64,000 nt of DNA, taken from contig JBDGRK010000003.1 in assembly GCA_042218075.1 (NCBI GenBank), forward strand, positions 1 through 64,000, read 5' to 3'. The notes beneath the pieces were generated by a model that worked only from the letters and a program-made list of their open reading frames with translations, searched no databases and was not told the origin of the DNA. The position numbers and the translations under genes are program-made. This document shows positions 1 to 9,065 of this stretch, one piece after another (the first letter of the stretch is position 1; each line of letters opens with the position of its first letter). Source of the DNA: Candidatus Nanohaloarchaea archaeon. GTDB lineage: Archaea > Nanohalarchaeota > Nanosalinia > Nanosalinales > Nanosalinaceae.

Positions 1-2
1 AA

Positions 3-155
3 AGAGTAGAAGGCGCCGTCCCAAGCCTCCTACAGGAATTCCTTAAAATCTACACCGACCTCTACGCCGACCAGCCTACAAACCAGATCGCACTAGACTT
101 CAAGGTCTCACCCTCACAAGGAATGCCAAACTACCAGAAACTGCTTCAAGAATGA
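3..155 (+). CDS. C-terminal fragment of an unidentified protein (runs off window edge)
   Basis: Open frame RVEGAVPSLLQEFLKIYTDLYAD...QKLLQE ending TGA at 153-155. Confidence 0.4.
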   Translation, partial: RVEGAVPSLLQEFLKIYTDLYADQPTNQIALDFKVSPSQGMPNYQKLLQE

Positions 156-231
156 GATTGAAAATATAGTCGTAGGTAGAAAAAGGGATACAGAAATTCT
201 GAATTCAGTCCATAACAAGTCCTCGGTACAG

Positions 232-975
232 TTAAGGAGCATACTGAACAAGTCTCTCCATAAAGAAGAGAATCATCAGATAAAGCCCCAATGTTAAGCT
301 GTATGCCTTAATTATACCTTCTGCATATTCTTTCAGGAACTGGATGGATAATCTACTTTGGACAGGTTCTTTGATTTCAACATCAATTCCATCGGATATA
401 TGGCTCTTCACTCCTTCAACATGTGCATCTCCAACAATAGCTAATACTGGTTCATCTTCATCGTTTACTGGTTCTTCAATCTTCTTGGCCATGATTCTAT
501 CTCTATTCTTCTCACCATCATTCATTCTCATATTGTAGATTCTGAGGGTAAGCAAAGGAATTAGTATTGAGAGGAAGAGTAATGTAGCACCAAATATTGT
601 CCGGTTCCAATAAATCCCTACTGCCATGCTAATTAGAAGGACAAAATAGAAGGTTAGAGCTGCTGTGAGATGTAGATACCAGGGAGCATTTCTTGAAAGG
701 CTGTAGTCTGTCTCTCTTGTGAACTTGATTTCAGCATCTTGGCTCCTTGCCAAGTCTATTAGAAGGTCGCTGGATTGGTAGATTGGAGACATAATCCAGT
801 CAAAAAGTGCAAATACCCAGAAGAGCCAACTTTCATGAACTGCATATGTCTGCTCAGATTCAGGGTCTCTGCCTTCTAATACCAATGCTGAAACGCCTTC
901 AGTCAATATATCCCTCTCTTCAATTTGGTCTGCACTACTGTTATGGAATTCTCCTTTCAGTATAACATCTGCCAC
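232..975 (-). CDS. TraB-like membrane protein
   Basis: Two central TM helices; RDRIMA and AIVGDAHVEG resemble TraB-family RD..MA and VVGAxH motifs. Confidence 0.5.
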   Translation of the reverse strand: MADVILKGEFHNSSADQIEERDILTEGVSALVLEGRDPESEQTYAVHESWLFWVFALFDWIMSPIYQSSDLLIDLARSQDAEIKFTRETDYSLSRNAPWYLHLTAALTFYFVLLISMAVGIYWNRTIFGATLLFLSILIPLLTLRIYNMRMNDGEKNRDRIMAKKIEEPVNDEDEPVLAIVGDAHVEGVKSHISDGIDVEIKEPVQSRLSIQFLKEYAEGIIKAYSLTLGLYLMILFFMERLVQYAP

Positions 976-976
976 T

Positions 977-1345
977 TCATATCCACCCCATTCCTATTAT
1001 GAAAAGAAGTAATCCTGCTCCAAAAAGAACCAAAGACTTCTCAGTATCATGCCTCCAGTTAGCAACCATCTCATTCATTGCATATGTACCAATAACTATG
1101 ATTATTCCAGCTATCGCCAGGAAATTTATTTGCAAAGAGATAGCTTTCCAGAAGTAATGAATTGGAGGTGTAAAAGCTCCTACAAGAAGAACTCGTCCAA
1201 TCAAAAGACCTAAAGATTGCTCCTTCGAAGTGTATGAGCCACCAGCTAATATCCCGTTATTTCCAGCATAGAAAATATATCCTCCTACAATTGAAGTAGT
1301 AATACCTGTCAAAATCAGAGCAGTGTTATTTGCAATAAAACCCAT
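977..1345 (-). CDS. Hypothetical membrane protein (about 4 TM)
   Basis: 122-aa hydrophobic ORF abutting the downstream gene. Confidence 0.65.
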   Translation of the reverse strand: MGFIANNTALILTGITTSIVGGYIFYAGNNGILAGGSYTSKEQSLGLLIGRVLLVGAFTPPIHYFWKAISLQINFLAIAGIIIVIGTYAMNEMVANWRHDTEKSLVLFGAGLLLFIIGMGWI

Positions 1346-1420
1346 ATATTCTGATACTCCCCTCTGTCAAATATTGAGGTAGAATAATCTTAAACCAATT
1401 TTCACATTAATCCTGATTGT

Positions 1421-1837
1421 ATGGTATTTGGCCTATTGAATAAGTTAGGAGGTATTGGAGATGCCTATGATAACTGGAAGCAGAGAAGAAAGAGGTCTAA
1501 TCCCGTTTTTGATGTTCATTACCTGAGGCCGGAAGTAGGAGATGAAAATCATTTAAGAGGAGCATTAAAGGTAGCCATCCGGAACCAAAGTGACCGTGTA
1601 TTCACCATTCAAGATGCAAATGTCAAACAGGTAAATAGAGAGGATGTAGTCCAGAGAGGAGGTATAGACTCCTTGGAAATTGAACCTCACAAGTTCATAG
1701 ATATTAGATTAGACTTCAGATATAGAGGTGAAGAAATATTCAATGACGGTTTCAACAAGGCAGTTTTCAGCTATTATTTAGAAGATGAGAAGGGTGGAGA
1801 AGGGTGGAGAATGGAGAGAACAAACTGTGGAATATGA
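1421..1837 (+). CDS. Hypothetical protein
   Basis: 138-aa ORF with an upstream TTAAA box; AT-rich. Confidence 0.6.
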   Translation: MVFGLLNKLGGIGDAYDNWKQRRKRSNPVFDVHYLRPEVGDENHLRGALKVAIRNQSDRVFTIQDANVKQVNREDVVQRGGIDSLEIEPHKFIDIRLDFRYRGEEIFNDGFNKAVFSYYLEDEKGGEGWRMERTNCGI

Positions 1838-1869
1838 ATCAGATGATGGAATAGAAACCATCTAAAACC

Positions 1870-1923
1870 CTCGGCAGTTCCCGCATCCCTATGAAATGTG
1901 GAGATATGCGATTGGCAGGACCC
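1870..1923. repeat. 54-bp direct repeat, copy 1 (ends in the last 11 nt of a tRNA 3' end, minus strand)
   Basis: 48/54 identical to 2922-2975 by manual alignment. Confidence 0.9.
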
Positions 1924-1968
1924 CCGACTACTGGTAATTATTTATAACAAGAGAATCTATTCAAATCT

Positions 1969-2835
1969 ATGGTATCAAGCAAAGGCAAGTTTTTAGCACT
2001 TGCAATGGTCTTGATGTTAGCAGTTGCTCCTGTAATGGCTGATGAGCACCTGAATGAGACGGATGAAGACGATTCAGATGTTCCAGAAGACGACTCGGAC
2101 ATGGATAGCGATGAAGACGATGATAACGAGACCGAGGAGGAAGAAGCTGAACTGGAGAATGACACAGAAGACGATTCAGAAAAAGACGGAACTGACAACA
2201 GCACTGAACTCGTCATCACCAAATCAGAAGCGGAAGAAACAGCAAGAAATGCACTATCCGACAACAACTGGACGCTTGAAAGCTCCAGCACCCATGAAGA
2301 TGACGGGTACTACCGCTTCAGATTCATAGTTTCAGGTGAAGACGCAGAAGCAGAAATCAGGGTAGATGGCTCATCCGGAGAAATCTTCAGACATGAAGAA
2401 GAACTCGAAAAGGAAACAGAAGGAAAAGAAGAGAACGAATCAGAAGTAGAAGAGCTTGAACGAGTAGAAGTTCAGAATCTTCAACAGGCGAAGGACAGAA
2501 TTGAGGAGCTTCGAGGAATGGTAATGGACCTGAGAAGAGAAGTTGCCGAGCTTGAAGCAGAAGATTCAGAAACTGATTCAGAGAGCGAGGTAGAGTTAGA
2601 GAGAAGGAATGGCGAAACAGAAGTAGAAGCCAAACGAGAGTCTGGTGAACAGGAAACTGAGGCAGAAGTAGAACAGAGAACAGAAGAAGGTGAAACAGAG
2701 ACTGAAGCTGAAGTTGAACAAAAAGAACCATCTCAAAACTCTGAAGAAGCGGTTAACGGAACACCAGGAAATCAACAGGCACAGGAAAGAAGACCTGGAT
2801 TCGTCTCAGACCTCTTGAGCGGTTTCTTTGGCTAA
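1969..2835 (+). CDS. Secreted acidic PepSY-domain protein with coiled coil
   Basis: Signal peptide; ITKSEAEETA...YRFRF...EIRVDGSSGEI matches the PepSY pattern; D/E-rich. Confidence 0.75.
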   Translation: MVSSKGKFLALAMVLMLAVAPVMADEHLNETDEDDSDVPEDDSDMDSDEDDDNETEEEEAELENDTEDDSEKDGTDNSTELVITKSEAEETARNALSDNNWTLESSSTHEDDGYYRFRFIVSGEDAEAEIRVDGSSGEIFRHEEELEKETEGKEENESEVEELERVEVQNLQQAKDRIEELRGMVMDLRREVAELEAEDSETDSESEVELERRNGETEVEAKRESGEQETEAEVEQRTEEGETETEAEVEQKEPSQNSEEAVNGTPGNQQAQERRPGFVSDLLSGFFG

Positions 2836-2921
2836 CATCAACACTTACTCTTTCTTCTTTTTATCCGACCCACAATTTGCAAAAATAACGCGGTAATATA
2901 ATTCAACCACTTGAAAAGTTT

Positions 2922-2975
2922 CTCGGCAGTTTCCGTATCCCTATAAAATCCGGAGATATGCAATTGGCAGGACCC
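2922..2975. repeat. 54-bp direct repeat, copy 2
   Basis: Matches 1870-1923 and continues into a tRNA T-arm fragment. Confidence 0.9.
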
Positions 2976-2992
2976 GGATTTGAACCGAGATC
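2965..2992 (-). other. Orphan tRNA 3' fragment (att-like scar), isotype undetermined
   Basis: Minus strand CTCGG-TTCAAAT-CCGGG-TCCTGCCA = T-arm plus acceptor 3' strand; no 5' half nearby. Confidence 0.75.
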
Positions 2993-3070
2993 CGGAAGTA
3001 TTAGGACAAGATGTAAAAGAGTATTCTGTTAACACTTGTATACATCTGCGCACCGAAATATAGCCGTATA

Positions 3071-3108
3071 TGCGGCGTCCGGGATTTGAACCCGGGTTAC
3101 GGAACTTG
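3071..3108 (-). other. Orphan tRNA 3' half (Gly-like), att-like scar
   Basis: Minus strand CAAGTTCCGTAAC-CCGGG-TTCAAAT-CCCGG-ACGCCGCA; related to but distinct from the adjacent tRNA-Gly. Confidence 0.8.
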
Positions 3109-3156
3109 TGGAGTAATACAGATATTTATCTTAAATCCAAAAACTAAGTTTTAGCT

Positions 3157-3909
3157 ATGCCTTCTGAAGAAGAAATTTCCCGAATCCGAAAATATGCATC
3201 CGAAGGCTACTCTGTCAATTACATAATGAAAATTTTGGATATTCCCAAATCAACAGTCTACTATCACTTAAAAAAAGAGGTAGGTCAGAAGCAGAAAGAG
3301 AATTCCATCGAAATACCTGAGGAATCGGAAATTATTGGCGAAATATGTGGGGTATTTGCCGGAGATGGAAACTACTATTATGATGAGAAGAAATGCGAAT
3401 ACAGGATCAAAATAATCTTGAACTAAAAAGATAAGTACTGGAAAGAACTTTCCGAATTATTGGAGAAAAACTTGAAAAAACCTACACATGTCCGCCAATA
3501 TGGTAGTAAAAAGATTCTGGATTATTCGTCAAAAGCCCTCTATGAAGAACTGAACTCTCAACTTCAATGGAAGGATGGAAACAAATCATCTACTGTAAAA
3601 CTTTTGGACAAAAATTACGATAGAGATTTCAAAATTGGATTTTTGAGAGGGTTGCTAGATACAGATGGGTACTTGGCTCCAGAATGTAGAAAATATACTT
3701 TAACAAGTATAAGCAGAGATTTGATTTTTGATTCCGTGGGAATTCTAGATGAATTAGGAATAGAAAATCGTAAGAGAGAATATGAAGACGAGAGAAATAA
3801 TCGAGAGAAACTCTATTTTCTTGAAGTTTCAGGAAACAGTGCTGTTGATTTGAACGAGCAAATAGAGCCTAGAAATCCTAAAAGAAAATGTAAACTTGCG
3901 AGATTATAA
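3157..3909 (+). pseudogene. Free-standing HTH + LAGLIDADG homing endonuclease with one in-frame stop
   Basis: N-terminal HTH (LDIPKSTVYYHL); motifs ICGVFAGDG and FLRGLLDTDG; ORFs 3157-3426 and 3460-3909 share a frame, separated only by TAA at 3424-3426. Confidence 0.85.
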
Positions 3910-3998
3910 TGCGGTGTGGGGGACTCGAACCCCCGTTACCACCAAGTTGCGTCTCAAGACTTGGCAAGGTGGTGTCGTAGCCGCTGGACCAACACCGC
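3910..3998 (-). tRNA. tRNA-Gly(GCC) with 17-nt intron at 37/38 (3945-3961)
   Basis: Cloverleaf GCGGTGT...ACACCGCA; anticodon GCC at 3965-3963; canonical bulge-helix-bulge (BHB; TTGC/GCAA helix, 3-nt bulges). Confidence 0.95.
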
Positions 3999-4035
3999 GT
4001 TCCTATGAAAAATCGGCTGGTTTACAGTTAAAAAC

Positions 4036-4968
4036 TTGACTTTTGAACACCTTCCTGTGAGAGACCTGATCATAATCGGAGGAGCTTCAGCCGCTCAATC
4101 CGCGGCGATTTACGCCGTAAGGAGCGGTATGGATGTTCTCGTGATTGCGGACGATTATGGCGGCCAGATAAACAACACCGATGTTGTGGAGAACTACCTT
4201 GGCTTCAAGTCGATCTCGGGTCCTGATCTCGCTGATGAGTTCCTGGAACACATGAGGGACTACGACGTGGATGAAAAGCAGGACGAGAGAGCTTTAGATG
4301 TGAGGAAAGAGGATGGAACTTTCGAGGTCGAGACCGAGTCTGGCGAAGTCTTCGAATCCTACTCTGTGATAATCGCGACAGGAGGTCACAGGAGGAAGCT
4401 AGATGTCCCGGGCGAGGAAGAGTTCGAGAATAAGGGAGTTGCCTACTGCGCTGTCTGCGACGGACCTCTATACCAGGGAGAGGAGGTTGCGGTGATAGGT
4501 GGAGGCTACGCGGGGACCGAGGCAGCGGTATACCTTTCCGATATCGCTAAGAAAGTTTACGTGCTTAGCCGTTCAGGTGTTCTGAAGGGCGAGGATATTA
4601 CTATACAGAAAGTGAAGCAGGCGGAAAACGTAGAGGTGCTGGAGCAGGCGCTGACGCAGGAGTTCTACGGCGATAATCTTCTGCAGGGATTGAGGTACGA
4701 GCAGGACGGCGAGATCAAAGACCTGGAAGTTACCGGAGCTTTCATCGAGATCGGTACAGTTCCAAACTCGGATATCACTGGTCTGGTGGAAAAGACTGAG
4801 GGAGGATACATAAAGACCGACAAGAGGCTGAGGACAGGAGTCGAAGGTCTTTACGCCGCGGGAGATGTTGCGGACTGGGGAGAGCAGCAGCTCGTGGTTA
4901 CTGCGGGACAGGGATGCCAGGCGGCTTTACATGCTTCCGACTACGTAAAGGAGCAGAAAGCCGATTAA
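4036..4968 (+). CDS. trxB: Thioredoxin reductase
   Basis: VENYLG, IIATGG, CAVCDG active site, GGGYAG, GLYAAGD; start may be GTG 4057. Confidence 0.92.
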   Translation: MTFEHLPVRDLIIIGGASAAQSAAIYAVRSGMDVLVIADDYGGQINNTDVVENYLGFKSISGPDLADEFLEHMRDYDVDEKQDERALDVRKEDGTFEVETESGEVFESYSVIIATGGHRRKLDVPGEEEFENKGVAYCAVCDGPLYQGEEVAVIGGGYAGTEAAVYLSDIAKKVYVLSRSGVLKGEDITIQKVKQAENVEVLEQALTQEFYGDNLLQGLRYEQDGEIKDLEVTGAFIEIGTVPNSDITGLVEKTEGGYIKTDKRLRTGVEGLYAAGDVADWGEQQLVVTAGQGCQAALHASDYVKEQKAD

Positions 4969-5056
4969 TCAAATCTTTGGTATTGAGAAAATATTTTTGA
5001 AGATTTCAAGTTTTTAGAAAAGTTTTTTATATTTCTTGCCGGTAAAATAATGTTTT

Positions 5057-5467
5057 ATGAGCGAAGACAATTGTCTCCATTCGGAGCAGATTTCGGATCA
5101 CTCGGAAAACCTGAAGACTCTCAGGGATGAAGAACCTGACTACAGCTCAACTGGGGCGGAGCTTATTGAGAAGTTTGAGGAGAGGCTGGAATCGCAGGTG
5201 GATGAGGAAAAATATCTTCCCGACGTTTTTAGTGTCGCGAACCTTGCTCTGAAGCTGGGTCTATGCATCATAGAGAACACGGATGAGGACGCTATAGAAC
5301 TCAGGAACAGGATCTGGCTGCAGCAGGGCGAGAATGAAAAGCTAAAGGAGTCGCTGGTGGAGGAGATGAAGCAGGAGATGGCCACCTACGATCTGGATAA
5401 CTTGGAGGAACTCCCCGCGGAAGAAGTTTACGAGCTCTACAGCAAGCTGAACGAATGCAGGGAGTGA
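5057..5467 (+). CDS. Hypothetical acidic protein
   Basis: 136-aa ORF with host-like composition. Confidence 0.6.
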   Translation: MSEDNCLHSEQISDHSENLKTLRDEEPDYSSTGAELIEKFEERLESQVDEEKYLPDVFSVANLALKLGLCIIENTDEDAIELRNRIWLQQGENEKLKESLVEEMKQEMATYDLDNLEELPAEEVYELYSKLNECRE

Positions 5468-6106
5468 TCAGATCAAATTTTCTTCTTTCATCCTGGATTT
5501 AACTAGCCTGAAAATCTGTTCGTGTCCATCTTTGAGCGGGTGTACACCATCCCAGAGATTTTCTTTCCACTTGCTTGATTCCAGTCTATCGAAAAGAGGA
5601 ATGAACTTGACGTTTTTCTCAGAACACATTTCTTCTATAATCCTTTCGTACCTTTTTACCTCATCGTTCCGATAAGCCCATTTCTCGTCCCAAGGAGTTG
5701 GATCTGTCCTTAATTCATCAACCGGTGTCAGACCAACGAAAATTAGATCCTCTGGAATATCTTTGGGTTTATCAATTATCTCCCTTAAGTTTTTCCTGAA
5801 GTTTTTCTCCCCGACTTTATTTTTGTCTGAATTAACCTCAAGCTTTGAGTCGTTTATTCCTACCTGGATTAAAACCAGATTATCGTGTTTTCTATTTCTC
5901 CACTCTATCTCCATACCAATCCTTTTCTTTAATTCTTCTGTAGTTTCGCCGCCAAACCCTAGGTTGAATACTTCAAACCATTCTTGCCCGTTAGTATCTA
6001 TTGTACGCTGGTGGAGTTCTTCAGCCAGCATTCCTCTCCAACCTCCGCCAGTATCCCAGTGACCTGAGGCAATTGAATCTCCAAAAACCAGTATATTCAT
6101 ATACAA
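5468..6106 (-). CDS. GDSL/SGNH hydrolase
   Basis: FGDSIA, NLGFGG, GIND and DGVHP blocks. Confidence 0.9.
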   Translation of the reverse strand: MYMNILVFGDSIASGHWDTGGGWRGMLAEELHQRTIDTNGQEWFEVFNLGFGGETTEELKKRIGMEIEWRNRKHDNLVLIQVGINDSKLEVNSDKNKVGEKNFRKNLREIIDKPKDIPEDLIFVGLTPVDELRTDPTPWDEKWAYRNDEVKRYERIIEEMCSEKNVKFIPLFDRLESSKWKENLWDGVHPLKDGHEQIFRLVKSRMKEENLI

Positions 6107-6152
6107 GGGTTACCGGTAACGGGATAAAATATTAACTTTTGAAATTGGCTTC

Positions 6153-6404
6153 ATGACCAAGAAAGAGACCAAGATGTCAAAGTGTGTCTTCTGCGGGAAG
6201 CAGGCGACAAAGAAGAACTCGAAGGGACAGCCGGTATGCCGCGAACACAGGCAGAAAGAGCCGAGGGATGTTGCGTGTCCTGAATGTGGTATGCCGATGG
6301 AGATCAGGGAGGGGAGGTACGGATTTTTCTGGGGCTGCGAGGGCTACCCGCAGTGCGACAAGACCTATCCAGTGGAGGCGCTGGCAGAAGAAGATGAAGA
6401 TTGA
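6153..6404 (+). CDS. Small zinc-ribbon protein (topoisomerase C4 zinc-finger-like)
   Basis: CxxC...CxxH plus CPECG...GRYGFFWGCEGYPQC. Confidence 0.8.
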   Translation: MTKKETKMSKCVFCGKQATKKNSKGQPVCREHRQKEPRDVACPECGMPMEIREGRYGFFWGCEGYPQCDKTYPVEALAEEDED

Positions 6405-6464
6405 TTAACTGGATCTGGCGGCTGAATTTGTGTTAATCTTTATGCTCTCCGTTCTCCGATCCTT

Positions 6465-6977
6465 CTATTTCTCATAATTACTGTAATTCTCCGGATCGAT
6501 GCCTTCTGGTGCCTCTCCTCTTTCTCGATGTTCTATTGATTCGTAGACTCCCCCGGATTCCTCCCATTCAGCGATTTTTCTCATTACCTCGAAAATATCA
6601 TAGGGCTCTTCCAGCTTCATTGGCTCTTCCTGGGGATAACGAGAGTACTTCAGGAAAGTTTCTCCGTTTTGACCTCTTTCAATCCTGTACTCTTCACCTT
6701 CAGAACTATTTATCGAGACAACTCCTGAATCTTCATCCAGCTCTACATTATATTCCAGATCTATACTGAAATTACCATCCAGAATTTCTGCAAGTTCTTT
6801 AAGCGAATCAGCATGCGGGAGTTCTGTTCCGGTATTACTATCCAACATTCTACTCCAAGTTTCCAGAGAATGCTCAACTGTTTCTAACAGATAAAATTTT
6901 CCAGCTGAAGTCTCAGCTCTCAGGTTTACTCCCATCTGGTTGTAATTAGTTACTTTACTGTTAAAAATTTTGACCAT
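6465..6977 (-). CDS. Hypothetical acidic protein
   Basis: 170-aa ORF; start may be the second Met. Confidence 0.55.
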   Translation of the reverse strand: MVKIFNSKVTNYNQMGVNLRAETSAGKFYLLETVEHSLETWSRMLDSNTGTELPHADSLKELAEILDGNFSIDLEYNVELDEDSGVVSINSSEGEEYRIERGQNGETFLKYSRYPQEEPMKLEEPYDIFEVMRKIAEWEESGGVYESIEHRERGEAPEGIDPENYSNYEK

Positions 6978-7032
6978 AGGATCAGCCTCTTCAACCTATT
7001 TAAGAATCCCAAGAATACCTGTTACTTATTGT

Positions 7033-7168
7033 GGGCCCGTAGCTCAGCCCGGACAGAGCGAGCGGCTTCGGAACCTCAAGTTTTTCGCCAGAAAACCGGG
7101 GAACAAGAAAATCTTCGATTTTCGCAGAAGACACCGCTAGGTCCAGGGTTCAAATCCCTGCGGGCTCG
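7033..7168 (+). tRNA. tRNA-Arg(TCG) with 61-nt intron at 37/38 (7072-7132)
   Basis: GGGCCCG...CGGGCTCG acceptor; AGCGG/CCGCT anticodon stem; TCG at 7068-7070; CTTC/GAAG splice helix. Confidence 0.93.
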
Positions 7169-7170
7169 TA

Positions 7171-7692
7171 TTAATCTTGTTCGGAAATGTTTTCTTTTTT
7201 GTCTTCCTCTCTGAAGTACTGGTCGATATTTTTGATCATTTCTCCGGGGGTTTCGTAAGTTGAAGCTGATATCTCTTTATCGTAGAAATCCTCAGCTATG
7301 GCCAGACCCAGACCTGAGTAATTTGCCATCATGTCTGTTGGATCCGGGTTGTTGTCCCACCATATCTCCTTACCTCTCCACCCTAGATAGGTTGTCAAAG
7401 CGATCGCTGTCCCGTATTTAAGAGCAGATTTTTCTTCCATCCCTATTTTATTGAATCCATCTATCACATAGTGAGCACAGCCATAGGTAAATAGTGCGTG
7501 GAGTGGCTTATCCAGGGCTTTCCCAGAAGCCTTTGAAATAGGATCATAGTCAGTGAATTTTTCGGTCAACTGGAGAACAGTACCCGTCAAAACCGATCCT
7601 CCAGGAAACCAGTTAGATTTCAGTAGTTCCTTTCTCGATTGTTCCTTTGCCTCATTATAGGAATTCCTGATCTCTCCATCAATAGAAACCAT
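7171..7692 (-). CDS. Hypothetical membrane-associated protein
   Basis: 173-aa ORF; DKxLH...KE...D.xAN pattern reminiscent of YfiM/VanZ-like proteins. Confidence 0.55.
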   Translation of the reverse strand: MVSIDGEIRNSYNEAKEQSRKELLKSNWFPGGSVLTGTVLQLTEKFTDYDPISKASGKALDKPLHALFTYGCAHYVIDGFNKIGMEEKSALKYGTAIALTTYLGWRGKEIWWDNNPDPTDMMANYSGLGLAIAEDFYDKEISASTYETPGEMIKNIDQYFREEDKKENISEQD

Positions 7693-7865
7693 TGGTATTG
7701 TTTGATTCTAAAAATTCTTTTCAATCGAGAGCAAGATTTTCCTGATTTATTTTATAAAGATGAAGAAGTTAATCTGGTTTGTGGAAAATCTTTATGTTAG
7801 GGATGAGGCGGATAGCAAACTTCTTCATCCAGAAGATCCATTCGATCAAAGAGTTGGTGTTTGTG

Positions 7866-9065
7866 ATGGCTAATGAAGAAGAGAAATCGGACGTGAAGAA
7901 AGAGAAGAAAAATAAAGAAAGCAGCGGGAAAAGACAGAGGATCCAGTTCCCACAGTACTTCCAGCAGCAGACCCAGCAGAGAGCAAATCCTCATGGCACA
8001 AGCCTGAAGACTCCTGTTCTGAGAGGCGTAGTTATCTCTGAATACGACGGTGACAGGGTATGGGTTGAGGCAACCGGAAACATGAAAGGCAGGTACGGGG
8101 TGGAGATTCCTAACGGTTACTCTCCAGAGGATTTCACCCCGGGAACGGAGGTTGCGTTGAATCCAAACAACTTCAAGGTCACCGATATTGTAGGTAAGGG
8201 CAAGGACGCCGAGTTCGATCCCGTGGATACGGATGTTAGCTTCCAGGATGTGGGAGGCCTTGACAACGTGATAAGATCGCTGAAATCAAACGTTGGAGCG
8301 CAACTTGATAACGATAAAAAGCGGAAGATAGAGGAGTGGGGGATGCATCTTGACAAGAGCATTCTTCTGATAGGAAAGCCCGGAACAGGTAAGACACACC
8401 TTGTTAAAGCTTTGAGTAATGAGTACGATGCGGAAATGTTCATGGTGAACGGCCCCCAGATGGTGGAAAAATTTATTGGAGAGGGAGCCAAGAAAGTGAA
8501 GAGGCTGTACGAGCAGGCCAGAGCTTCTGATAGGCCTTCGATCGTATTTATAGATGAAATAGATGCTATTGCGAAGAAGAGGCTGGACGATAGAAGGCAT
8601 GGAGGGGAGGAAGTTGAGAGAACAATGAGCCAGCTTCTCTCCGAACTTGATGGTCTTGACACCGAGGAGGATTCGAATGTGATCTCCGTGTTCGCGACAA
8701 ACAAGCCAGACGTTATGGATCCTGCACTCCTTAACAGGACCAGCGCAATCGAGGTACCGGTGCCGGAAAGGGAGGCCAAGAAAGAGATTCTTCAGGTACA
8801 CACCAGAAGAATTGATCTGGAGGATGGACTTGACGTTGACCTGCTGGTTGACCAGCTTGAAGAAGATTTCACAGGGAGAGATATACAGCAGATTGTGAGA
8901 CAGGCGGCTGTTAACGCTCTTGAATCCACGGAAAATGTGAGAGATGCGAGAGTGGCATCCGAAGACTTCGCGGAAGCAATCCAGGACCTGAAAGATGGCA
9001 ACATGGGAACGGAGAAAGACTTCCTCGCAGGAGAGAACTTCCATCCGGAAGAAATGTTTGCCTGA
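7866..9065 (+). CDS. pan: Proteasome-activating nucleotidase-like AAA+ ATPase
   Basis: OB-like PGTEVALN; Walker A GKPGTGKT; pore loop KFIGEG; Walker B IFIDEID; EVERTMSQLLSELDG; C-terminal MFA (HbYX-like). Confidence 0.75.
   Translation: MANEEEKSDVKKEKKNKESSGKRQRIQFPQYFQQQTQQRANPHGTSLKTPVLRGVVISEYDGDRVWVEATGNMKGRYGVEIPNGYSPEDFTPGTEVALNPNNFKVTDIVGKGKDAEFDPVDTDVSFQDVGGLDNVIRSLKSNVGAQLDNDKKRKIEEWGMHLDKSILLIGKPGTGKTHLVKALSNEYDAEMFMVNGPQMVEKFIGEGAKKVKRLYEQARASDRPSIVFIDEIDAIAKKRLDDRRHGGEEVERTMSQLLSELDGLDTEEDSNVISVFATNKPDVMDPALLNRTSAIEVPVPEREAKKEILQVHTRRIDLEDGLDVDLLVDQLEEDFTGRDIQQIVRQAAVNALESTENVRDARVASEDFAEAIQDLKDGNMGTEKDFLAGENFHPEEMFA

Noticed and set aside
3071-3135. Split (trans-spliced) tRNA 3' half
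   Set aside because: No GC-rich leader or BHB-compatible sequence precedes the half, and the nearby AT box fits the + strand endonuclease promoter; an integration scar is more parsimonious
7029-7214. 61-aa ORF
   Set aside because: Overlaps tRNA-Arg; spurious
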